This document shows positions 13,951 to 24,838 of a stretch of DNA of 64,000 bases, piece after piece. The translations under genes were made by a program, and so were the position numbers. Source of the stretch: Lama guanicoe (lineage: Eukaryota); contig MU054129.1 in the NCBI GenBank assembly GCA_013239625.1, forward strand, positions 127,238 to 191,237, written 5' to 3'. Positions within the stretch are counted from its first letter, which is position 1, and the number at the start of each line of letters is the position of its first letter. Under the pieces are notes generated by a model. It was given only the letters and a program-made list of their open reading frames with translations, did not search any database and was not told the DNA's origin.

Positions 13951-15539
13951 CCTGTATCTCCAGGTGAGATTACAGGCCATTTTTAACTTAATTACTGTGT
14001 TTATCTTTATTTTCTAAATTCTCTACTATGAATACAACTGTTACAATAAGAAAATAAAAAGTAATGTATCTTTTAAAACATGCATACCGATTCATTCATT
14101 GGGAAAAAAATTAACTATAAAGAGGTAAACAAATATCTAGTGAAAAAGGACTACTTAAAAACAAGAGTGCATTTACACTTTTCATAAATTGAAAACTGGA
14201 AAGCACAAACACATCAAGTTTCTAGGGAGTCTGCTGCAACATATTAATAGTTATTTTCAAACATTCTAATTGAACAATGAAAACCCAAGAAAGGGAAAAT
14301 CATGATTGACACACAGCTTCAAACATATGGAGAGCAAAGGCCTAGAAATCCCAGTCTCTGTAGCTCTGTTACTACCTCAGTAGGAGAGGAAGTTCCTCAC
14401 TGAGGGGACAGTGGGATTCCATGCATAAGACAGGATACACAGTACAAACTGCACTAGATACGGGGGTGATTTTCTTAGAAGAATTCTAAAGGTAGAACAT
14501 TGTTGAAAAACTATAAACACACTGAAAGACAGTTTAAAACACACACCCATATATATTATATATCAGTGTAAGAAGTCTGCTCCCATGTTGCATAGAAATG
14601 CAAGGTTACATTTGTTCATTTATGGGCACTGATTACTTTATCCCAGGTAGAATATTTCAACTAAAACAAATAATCAATAATACACCCCTCTTGTCAAATC
14701 TAGTTGATAAGTTACTCTGCTATGTAACCATAATGTGCCAAAGATAGATCTATAATTAGTGAAAAATATCTTTGTATGGTTTCTCCAACCCTTCTCAAAT
14801 TTCCAAGCTTAATTTTAAAATAGATCTGAGCAGTATTTTTATATTATTTTTTCCCTTGTGAAATGAACAACACAGTCTGTTGTCAAAATTCTGTCCTTAC
14901 AATGATTCACGAGCACCATATCCTCACAAAACTGCTGGACAGCAAGGCACTATCCAGACAATGTGACCAAACAAACGGAACACAAGGAAGACAATGACCC
15001 TATTCTGGAGGGCTTATAATCTATGTCAACACTGGGATTTTTATTTGATTGGAAATCAAAATAAAATCAATCAAGTCCTTACTTCTTTGAACATTCTGTA
15101 TGTCATGACTATTTTTCGTGTCATGAGCAGGAAAGACTTAAGCATGACTTGATTAGGTCAATTAGCAACAGCCATCACTGCAGAGTGAGTAATAAAAAAG
15201 TTAACTGATAGCAGTGCTTCTGCCTACATGAGACCTAAAATAAACCTACACTGAGCTCTGCAAGGAAAATGAGAAAATGAGGTCCCCAATGAGAAAAAAA
15301 CTAACAAGAAATCAAAGAAGGAAAGACTTTCATTAATGATTCCAGGAAGGAGTAGAGTGTGGTGGTGAAGGGCACAGATGCTGGGGACAAACAAGAGGGT
15401 CTGAAATCCCACAGCACCACTGGGTAGCTGTGACGCTGATATTCAGGGAAATTTTCTGCATCTCGGTCTCCTCATCCATAGACTCGGGACAACAGCACCC
15501 ATCCCTAGAACAGTCCTAAGAATTCAGTTATTTTATATA

Positions 15540-16620
15540 TAAAAGTTTAAATAAAATACCTCATATCTTAAATATGACCCCAAAAGCACAAGGAACAAAG
15601 AAAACAAAGATAAACTGGAGTTGATCAAAATTTAAAACTTTGCTTCAAAGGAAAGCATCCAGAAAGTGATAAAACAACACACAGGAGAAAATTTTTTCAA
15701 CTCATTTATCTGATTAGGAATTTGTATTTCCAAGATAAAAAAAAGCTCCAACAACTCAACAATAAAAAGGCAACTCAATTAAAAAATGAATAAAGGATCT
15801 GAAAAGATATTTTTAAAGGAAAATGAAGAAATGGTCAATAAGCACAATGAAAAGATGTTCAATATCATTAGCTGTAAAGGAAACCAAGTCAAAACCACTA
15901 GGAGAAACCGCTTCACACTCACTACAATAGGTTATAATCAAAAAAAGAGTAACAAGCACTAATGGAGGAACACAGAGGAAGTGGAGCGTGCAGCCCTTGC
16001 TGGTGAGGATGTAACACAGCGTGGCCACTTTGGAAAACAGCCTGGCAGGTCCTCAGACAGTTGAACATTTGGTTTCTGAGTAACCCAACAATTCTGCTGT
16101 CTGGGCACACACGTAAGAGAACTGAAAGCAAATGTCTCCATAAAAACTCCTACAGGAATGTTTATAACACGATTATTCATCACAGCCAAAAAGCAGAAAC
16201 AACCCAAATGTCTATCACGTGATGAATGGGTAAACAGAGGGACCCAGCCATACAGTGGAATATTATTCAGCAATAGCAAAGCAAGGAGTACTGAGACAGG
16301 CCACAACGTGGACAAACGTGGACAAACATTGAAAACGTTACTCAGTGTGAAAGAATTCAGTCACAATAGACGGATCCATTTACATGAAGTGACTCGATTT
16401 ACATGAAATGTCCAGCACAGGCAAATCCACAGAGAGAGAAGAGGGGCTCCCTGGGGTTGGGGGAGGATGGAGAAGATGGGAATGACTGTTTATGGGTATG
16501 GGGCTTCCTATTGGGGGGACGAAAATGTTCTAAGATTGACTGGGATGCACAATTCTCGGCATAGAGTAAAAACTGCAGTACATTTTAATCGGTGGGTTGT
16601 ATTAAAACTGTTAAGAAAAA
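15540..16620 (+). mobile_element. L1MB-like 3' fragment
   Basis: Typical L1 ORF2 end and 3' UTR (gccactttggaaaacag, aaacaacccaaatgtctatc, gaaaatgttctaagattg). Confidence 0.85.
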
Positions 16621-16862
16621 AAGCACCTTTGGCCAGTACGTTCCAATAGTAAATGCAAATAGCTAACTTTTATTACAGGAAGAAGAAACTGCCCTCAGCA
16701 TGAAAGCAGGAGATCAGCAAATGTGAATTAACCGAAGTTGGACAAGAGCATTTCACTTGAAACAGTTGCTGAGTGTAAACGAAATATTCAGAAATGACAA
16801 GGGAAATCAGTTTGACATCACGAAGAAGCATTCTGCTTCAAATGCAAATCAAGGATTCGGCA

Positions 16863-17118
16863 AGCCCAGCTGCTACAAGTAACCAGAGAAGAAACCTGGT
16901 TCTTAAAACAAGCACCAGAGCCAACAGTGAGAATGTGGTGAGGAAAGCAGGTGGCCGAAAATCTGGAGTACTTTGCTACAAATAATTTCTAGCCCAGCTG
17001 CTAGAAATAACCAGAGAAGAAACCTGGTTCTTAAAACAAGCACCAGAGCCAACAGTGAGAATGTGGTGAGGAAAGCAGGTGGCCGAAAATCTGGAGTACT
17101 TTGCTACAAATAATTTCT
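16863..17118. repeat. 128-bp tandem duplication (2 units, 2 mismatches)
   Basis: 16863-16990 repeats at 16991-17118. The units differ only at gctaCaaGt versus gctaGaaAt. Confidence 0.97.
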
Positions 17119-19393
17119 CCACTGAAAATTCAAAAATAAAATGAAAATGATGCAATGCTATGCTGGCCTCACATGAATGGGTTTCCTCCGGTGCTTGACT
17201 GTTCTGTAACCCCGAATGAGAGACTCAGGAGAGTCAGCATGGCTCCTGGGTGTCCCCAAGTGACTGCCCACCAGCACGCTGACCACCATCACATCTGCCA
17301 GGGTTGTATTGCAGAGAAGAGACCAACTTCTGGAAGGCACAGGAAATGTTGACAAGGGAAGAAAAGGCTGTGGACAGTCCTGGGACAGAGGCCCTGAGAG
17401 CAGAGGCCAGAAGGCTGCAGGTGAACTGCTGTGGCCCTAGGGCAGGAAGGGACCACGGGGGAGCAGATCTCAATTCTCTTCTCTCTCTCCCTCGGGTCGG
17501 AGAGATAAAGCCTGCATCCTTCTCACCTGGAACTGTGGGTTCTGGCTGGCAGAAGTCTTACCGACATGGAATGATTACTCAAGACTCCCTGGAAAAAGTC
17601 AAGGAAGCGAGAGGGAGTAGGGAGCCAACTCCATGAGCCTCTCAAATGCTCCCATATTTATTGTGTATAATCAAAGGAAAAAGTCATTACCAGTTGTGTG
17701 ATAGTAAGCTGGAACTTGGGGAAAGACAGGATGAGACAGAGATTGTAGAATTCACCATGAGTTCAAAGGCTTAGTGTATCTTTAGGGAAGTCATGGGGTG
17801 AGGGGAACAAGATACATTTTTAGATATGTGAATTACAAAGCAGACCACCAGACCGGCCAGGTCCTTGTATTGGGGATAATAGACTATCTAACAGCACACA
17901 ATCCCAGAATCTATAACTGAGGGCCTGGGTCATTGCTTTGCAACGAGCAGAGTGCTATCTAAAACCTCAACTATGCAAGCAAAGCATTGTCTCTGCTTTT
18001 TATGGCAAGAAGACTGGAGTGAGGATGAACAGGCCACTGCTTGCAAAGCAATTACTAAGCACAGTTTTTTCTTCTTAAAGTTGACAGGCGGCTGGAGTCT
18101 GTTATAATTTGGTAACCCAATCATGGGCTCCCACATGGAACCATTTTGGAGAACACCCTGGGATGACAAATCCTGGCTCTGGGTCTTTTCCTGCCAGCTT
18201 CAGCCACTCTAGCAGGGTCTAGGCACATCCCTGAATAATGATCCCACAGAACCACTCACAGTCTTAACTCCTGGTGCTTGAAACTTAATTTTAGCTCTAC
18301 ACAACTTAACGTAGAAAAGTTTCAGAAGTAAAAGATATTCTTTTTATATCTCACCATAGGACTGATTTTTCTGATTGCTCTAAGCTGCTTCTACTTGGTA
18401 CAGCACCTAACTCTGAAGGTGTATTCAGTATCTTCCATTGGGCATAACTAGCCAGTTTGGGCTGGCTGAATTCTATTGGTCAAATACCAATATACCTAAT
18501 TGATTTCATTGTTCATCGATTTCAGCCGGGAGGAGAGGGAGTGTCACTCTGTTCCTCAGCCCACCCTCAACTCTTTTCTCATCAGCAACTCAGGCATCCT
18601 GAAAACAAAACAAAGCATTTGTTTCCCTGCTTCTACACTTTCCACAAATCCAAAAGGAAACATCATCCTGGAGAAAGAATTCAACAAAAATTTTCAAACA
18701 AAAATCTGCAAACCTCAAGCAACTCCATCTCCGAATCATGATACACAATGACAAGAGAGTGTGTCAGGCACAAAGCATGCGTGAGCCTGACCACCTGATT
18801 TCTATTCTTCAAAGGAAGGAAGGTTTTCATATTTTTTATTATCACTCTTTGTCATTGTTTCTGATTAATCCAAAAAATAGTTTATGAAATAATTAAGCAC
18901 TGTAATAACAGATTTTTGCTGTATTAATTACAGAAGGCATTCAGAGGGGATAGGAAAATCCACCTCTGTAAAAACAGCAAAATTTCTTCCCCTGTGAAGA
19001 ACACGTATACAAAATGCAACAGAGAATTCAAATTCTTGTGGAGAGGAGGAAAAGCCAAAGAAACAAAGCAAACTCATTACTATGAGTCAATTCAAAATTC
19101 ACTGGACAAACATGCTCAATGCATTCAAAGAATTTTAAAGGCACACTGCAAACCATTCACTTAATGATCTGCAGGCTAGAGGAAGAATTTCCCTCTTTAA
19201 CTGACAACAGAAATCAATAGGGTGCCCCACCAAACAAGGACCAAAGAACAATCAGGTTTTTAACAGTTCTGATAAATCAGCATGTTGTAAAGATCAAAAT
19301 CCAGAAATTTTAAACATTCATTCAAACCACAATGAAACCAGCACTTTAAAAAAAAAAAACACAAAGAAGAAAATAAGCACATAGATCATGTAC

Positions 19394-19420
19394 ATAGATC
19401 AATGAGAATTTCTTGTACCG
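19394..19420 (-). pseudogene. TRAPPC9: TRAPPC9-like 27-nt microexon 5
   Basis: tttcttccAG|CG GTA CAA GAA ATT CTC ATT GAT CTA T|GTaca encodes xVQEILIDL versus TRAPPC9 GAQEVLIDP. Exact 27-nt length, phase 1-1, located between exons 3 and 6. Confidence 0.88.
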
Positions 19421-20174
19421 CTGGAAGAAACAGGCTATAACCTTTTACTTGAAAAATAAAACTACTTTTAAAGATAACTGCTAAAACACATTTCATTATT
19501 CATGTTACCTTGAAAAGTCTGAGGCACTTGTATATGATCAGAAAAGCAATTCTGACTAATAATAGGTTACAATTCAGTGTCAGTTTGCTTTTGAAGAGAA
19601 TAGAAAAGCTACTCTTTCTCATATCCTGCACAAAGTGTGAAGTGCCTCCCTGCCTCTTTCTCCTCACATTTTCTAAGCTCATGCTCCCCAACACTTCTGA
19701 AACAAGTATGAGAACCTCGTATTCCCACCAATATACCAAATGACAAAAGAATATCTGTTTATTTGTGTAAATATATGCCTACACCTTAAACTGGAGGAGA
19801 ATTGTATCAGAAGGCTACATGGAACTTATTTCTACCTTCCTGAAATCACACACACACATTCACTCAGACACTGACACAGACACATACACACTGAATTACT
19901 GGGCACTTCACAAACTTAGGACTACCAACTTCTAGAAGATAACTTTGTAGTTAGTTTAAAATACAAAACGGTCAGCTTTTGAAAGACTTGATCATCTGCT
20001 AAACCATCCAAATATCAAAGAGACCCAATTAGCCTTCTCTGTAAAATGTAATTTCCCATGATGGCAAAATAGACCCTAAGAAGTACTGGATCAAAGGCTC
20101 GTGTTTATCACTAGCTATGATCGTTTTTAAGCCCATTAACAGATTCAGAAACGTATGCCCCAATATTTATTCTT

Positions 20175-20237
20175 TTTTTTAACATTTTTTATTGATTTAT
20201 AATCATTTTACAATGTTGTGTCAAATTCCAGTGTTCA
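20175..20237 (-). mobile_element. 63-bp L1 3' tail insertion with 16-bp TSD
   Basis: Reverse complement of the L1 terminus (ggaatttgacacaacattgtaaaatgattataaatcaataaa plus poly-A). TSD CCCAA(T/C)ATTTATTCTT at 20159-20174 and 20238-20253. Confidence 0.9.
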
Positions 20238-20357
20238 CCCAACATTTATTCTTATTGAGATAGAATACATGTTCAATTGTCTATACAGAGACTAGGTCCC
20301 ATGATGGTGTTTAAAAGCTATTTTGTGTATTGTAATGTTTATTTTTAGTGCAGACAA

Positions 20358-20490
20358 GGAGGGTGGGAATTACTCAGTTGTAGAGCACCTGCTAACATGC
20401 ACAATGTGCTGGCTTCAATCCCCAGTACATCCATAAAAATAAATAAAAATAAGGACTTATTTATATATAAGAATAAATTTATTTAAAAAA
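20358..20490 (+). mobile_element. tRNA-derived SINE (camelid Vic-1-like)
   Basis: A box (tactcagttgtagagc), B-box-like ggcttcaatcccc, A-rich tail, flanking TGCAGAC repeat. Confidence 0.8.
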
Positions 20491-21829
20491 TGCAGACTAA
20501 AAAGCACTGCAATCTAGGAGCCACAAGTATAATTTAAAAAAAAAGTGTTTCTATCAAATAGTGACTATATGCCAAACACAGGGACAACCACAAATCACAC
20601 CTGACAACCATCACGTGTGATTCTCAGCACCCCTACTAAGTAGACACGGATGCCCGGCTCTGCGGATGAGGAGACGGAGCTCGGAGGAGCCGGGGACGCT
20701 GACCGTCCTGCTCCCCGTGACACCGCGTCAGCCCAGGGCAAGCGCTGACGGAGCTGCTCTGAGGGGACACCCAGCTGCATGGAAACTTTGTGGACTGGGG
20801 AGTCCCAGAAAACACTCAAAACTGTTCAGTGAAAAACCAGCTCAAATATATTACATTGTGCCACATCCTTTAAACAGGGAACATGACTGAGACCTTTTTG
20901 ATGCCTCCGTGTCCTTTCTGCCATCATCAATTATTTGCCCTCTCAGCACGACCAGTGATGAACTAGACTCCAAATGAAGTGCACTCAGATGGCAGAGCTT
21001 TTAAAGCTGTTTTACGAAGCTTGTAAGACTCTGTCTATGCCTCAAACAGGCGGTCATCCATCACTTCTCGCCGGTGTGGATGGACCACCTGAAATCACTC
21101 CTTTCTGCTTTTTAAAATCCTTTCATCTAATCCAGACTTTTCAATAGCAAAGTAGCTTCACCACAAACAGTGGACAGCTTTTCAACAAACGGCCTCGAAG
21201 AGTCCATCGGACGACCTGGAAGCCCTTTTCATCTATTAAACCCACTTCCAGGTACTTCATCATTTTCTGATTTGTAGAGTTTGCCTCTGACTGGCCTACT
21301 CAAACAGCTCCCGGCCTCACGTGCAGGGCTGGGAGAGGACACTGCTATCGGGAGAAATCAGTGAGGAAGGGGGACATTCTCCAGCCAGGTCTGCAGGGGT
21401 AGAAGTGCCACAACGTGCTGAGGAATTATACCATCAGCATTCCTGGGCTCCCATGGACTGGTCTCAGATTAACCAAACTGATGCAAGAAAACCAGACGTT
21501 TAACTTATTAATGTAACAGGAGACATGAAACTATGAACCAGACTGAAATATCAGAGTTCAACCACAAGTACATTTTCTCCTCAACAGCTCAATCACGGGC
21601 AGTTGGTCATATGGCAAGCATGGACAGAAGCAATGCAGGGAGGGTTTCTAGATTAACTCAATGTTATACGAACAGACATGCTGCCTGGAAAACAATGTTA
21701 ATCACGGTGTACTCTCCTGGACAGTGGCTGAGGCACAACTGTGAGCACCTGTGTAACTCTCCTTCCCCTGTCTTTTCTGGGGTAACTGATGTACAGAGTT
21801 ACAGAGACCTAGGCATGCAGATACCTCTA

Positions 21830-22075
21830 AACTCTCAGAGCCAATCTCTGGGAGCCTGGAAACCAGACAGCCAGAGTTTAAATCCCAGCTCTGCCAGTTA
21901 CTAGCTCTGTGACCTTGGCCGACTTACCCTCTGTGTGCCTCAATATCCACACTGTAAAACTGGGATAACAATCAAACCTTTTTTACTCACTTGTTTTGAA
22001 GATTGAAGGATTCATTTATAAAATGCTCAGAAAAGAATGTAGCATATTTTTGGTGCTCAACAAATGTTAACTTAA
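21830..22075 (+). mobile_element. MIR
   Basis: MIR core: tttaaatcccagctctgccagttactagctctgtgaccttgg...ctgtaaaactgggataa...gtgctcaacaaatgtta. Confidence 0.85.
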
Positions 22076-23452
22076 TATTAAAGTGATTTATAATTCTTCC
22101 TTCTAATCATCGTCAGTGTTTCCCGGCTCGACTAAGTCCCAAAGGAAATCCTTATTTCTCTTTTTATAAACTCTTGGGGAGCACCCTTCTGTTCCATCTC
22201 ACCACCTGTTTAAACTGAGGAAGGGGATGCCTCTTCCCCACTCCTCTGGGCCACGGAGAGTGCTTCTCCCTTCACACTCCTGACCCTGGCCCACAGCTAG
22301 CCCTCGTCACACTAACAGAGTGAGCTGTGGATCGGGGAGACAAGCAGGGCATGTGGAAACCTTCTTTTCTCTCCTTTGCTGGCCACTCTCGGGAAGCACC
22401 CGGGATGCTCAGCTCCATGGCAGTACAGCCCTCTGCATGATGGGGCAGATCCTCTCAAGGGAATGCTCACTGTGGCCCAGAGCTACCTGGGACAGGGTGA
22501 GCCTCTAGTTCAGGGACACAGTACCATGACACCCATTTTCTCACAGCCCTGAAGTTCATGGAGAACGTGGCTTCCTCATTAATAAAGGAGATGTTAATCG
22601 CCTGCCTGTTTTTCTGTGTCATCTCTCAGTTGGCTGCTGGAGAAAACATGTGTATATTTATTGGGTCCCCTTAAGCCACAACATATACTAATTAACAAAA
22701 AATTCTGTGGATTAACGTTGGTTTAGTGTGACTGTGTAATATTCCTGACTCTGCTGATGCTAAATTATGAGTATAGGAACTATGGAACCTCTTCAAATAT
22801 CTTTCATCATAAAACCAGCTTTCTTATTTTGCTATGTCTTAGAAATTGCCAAAGACTATAAAATGATGGCTTCATACAAAACAGCAGCTAAAGTTAATGA
22901 GCCCTCTTGACATACCCACTGTGCCAAACACTTTACATAATTTCTAATTCTCACAATTCTACAAAGCAGATATGAGCGTCCCCATCACACAAACGAGGGA
23001 AAAACTCAGAACGAACTGACTCAGGCACATGTGGCTCAGTGGCAGTGCTTTCACGCAAACCCAAGACAAAAAGCTACACCCCTTCGTATATGTACCAAAT
23101 TACCTCCCACCAATTAACACACAGCAGCGGGGTCAATACTCAGGGAACTCAGTACACTTTTCAGCTTTAAGGTGTTCCAGAGGCCGCTTCTAGCTGTTTA
23201 ATAAAAACCAGCTCACTGGTTTCTAACACTGGAAGAAAAGACCGGTTTTGCCACTGTTTGCACAGCAAGTCTGAAATGTTCACAGTGAGATGACAGAATA
23301 AAAGTAAGATAAAAGCAGAATAATTTTTCCAGGTAGACAGACACAATGGACATTGTGCTATCCTGAAGCATTAAGCAAAGAAATCAAAATAAAATAACGT
23401 TGTATAAGCCTTCTTTTACAAACAGGAAAATTAACACTATAAGAAAGTGCAA

Positions 23453-23468
23453 CAGCGCCACCTACGGC
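23453..23468 (-). promoter_or_regulatory. Candidate CTCF site
   Basis: Minus strand GCCGTAGGTGGCGCTG matches the CCASYAGRKGGCRS core at 12/14, with two CpGs retained in AT-rich DNA. Motif match only. Confidence 0.35.
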
Positions 23469-23544
23469 TAAAAAGCCTTTCCAGGTTGCCGGGAAAGATG
23501 CAACACAAAAATTGCCTGTAGGATCAGAAACGAGAATCAGATAA

Positions 23545-24838
23545 ACTCAGAATGGATTAAAGACTTCAACATAAGAGAAGATACAATAAACCTCGCAGAA
23601 GAATACATAGACAAAACATTATCTCACATACATCTCAAAAATGTTCTCCTAGGGCAGTCTACCCAAGCAATAGAAATAAAAGCAAGAATATACAAATGGG
23701 ATCTAATTAATTTTACAAGCTTTCACAGCAAAGGAAACCTAAGTAAAACAAAATGACAACATACAGAATGGGAAAAAAATTTTGCAAAAGATGAAATTGA
23801 CAAAGGCTTGATCTCCAGAATATACAAGCAGCTCATATGACTTAGTAAGAAAAAAACAACAACCCAATCCAAAAATGGGCAGAAGACCTAAACAAGCAAT
23901 TCTCCAATGAAGACATATGAATGATCAATAAGCATAGGAAAAAAATGCTCAGTATAAGTAATTATCAGAGAAATACAAATCAAAACTACAATGAGTTATC
24001 ACCTCACACCTGTCAGAATGGGCATCATTAAAAAGTCCACAAATGACAAATGCTGGAGAGGCTGTGGAGAAAAGGGTACCTCCTACACTGTGGTAGGAAT
24101 GCAGTTTGGTGCAGCCACTGTGGAAAACAGTATTGAGACTCCTGAAAAGACTAGGAATAGATTTCCTATGACCCAGGAATCCCTCTCCTGGGCATATATC
24201 CAGAGGGAATCCTACTTCAAAATGACACCTGCACCCCAATGTTCATAGCAGCACTATTTACAATAACCAAGACATGGAAACCGTCTAAATATCCATTGAC
24301 AGATGACTGGATAAAGAAGAGTTGGTATAAGATATATTAATACAATGGAATACTATTCAGCCATAAAATGACAACATAATGCCATTTGCAGCAACATGGA
24401 TGTCCCTGGAGCATGTCATTCTAACTGAAGTAAGCCAGAAAAAGAAAGAAAAATATCATATGAGATCACTTATATGTGGATTCTAAAAAAGAAAAGAAAG
24501 GGACAAATGAACATGAATACAAAACAGAAACAGAACCATAGACATAGAATACAAACTTGTGGTTGCCAGGGAGGAAGGGGGTGGGAAGGGACCGACAGGG
24601 AGTTTGAAATTTGTAGATACTGACAGGTATATATAAAATAGATAAACAAGATTATACTGTATAGCAAAGGAAAATATATACGAGATCTTGTGGTAGCTCA
24701 CAGTGAAGAACAATATGACAACGAATATATGCATGCTCATGTATAACTGAAAAATTGTGCTCTACACTGGAAATTGATACAACATTGTAAACTGACTATA
24801 ACTCAATAAAATAAAATTTAAAAAAAAAGAAAGAAAGA
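23545..24838 (+). mobile_element. 5'-truncated L1 (about 1.3 kb) with 12-bp TSD
   Basis: ORF2 C-terminus ([27 protein letters not shown]), 3' UTR and poly-A. TSD AGAATCAGATAA at 23533-23544 and 24839-24850. Confidence 0.95.

Noticed and set aside
16863..17118. CRISPR-like or satellite array
   Set aside because: Only two adjacent units with no spacers, in a mammalian context.
19500..19743. Exon-like ORF ending in AAG|GTAACA
   Set aside because: Translation does not match TRAPPC9. More simply explained as the intronic flank of the microexon.
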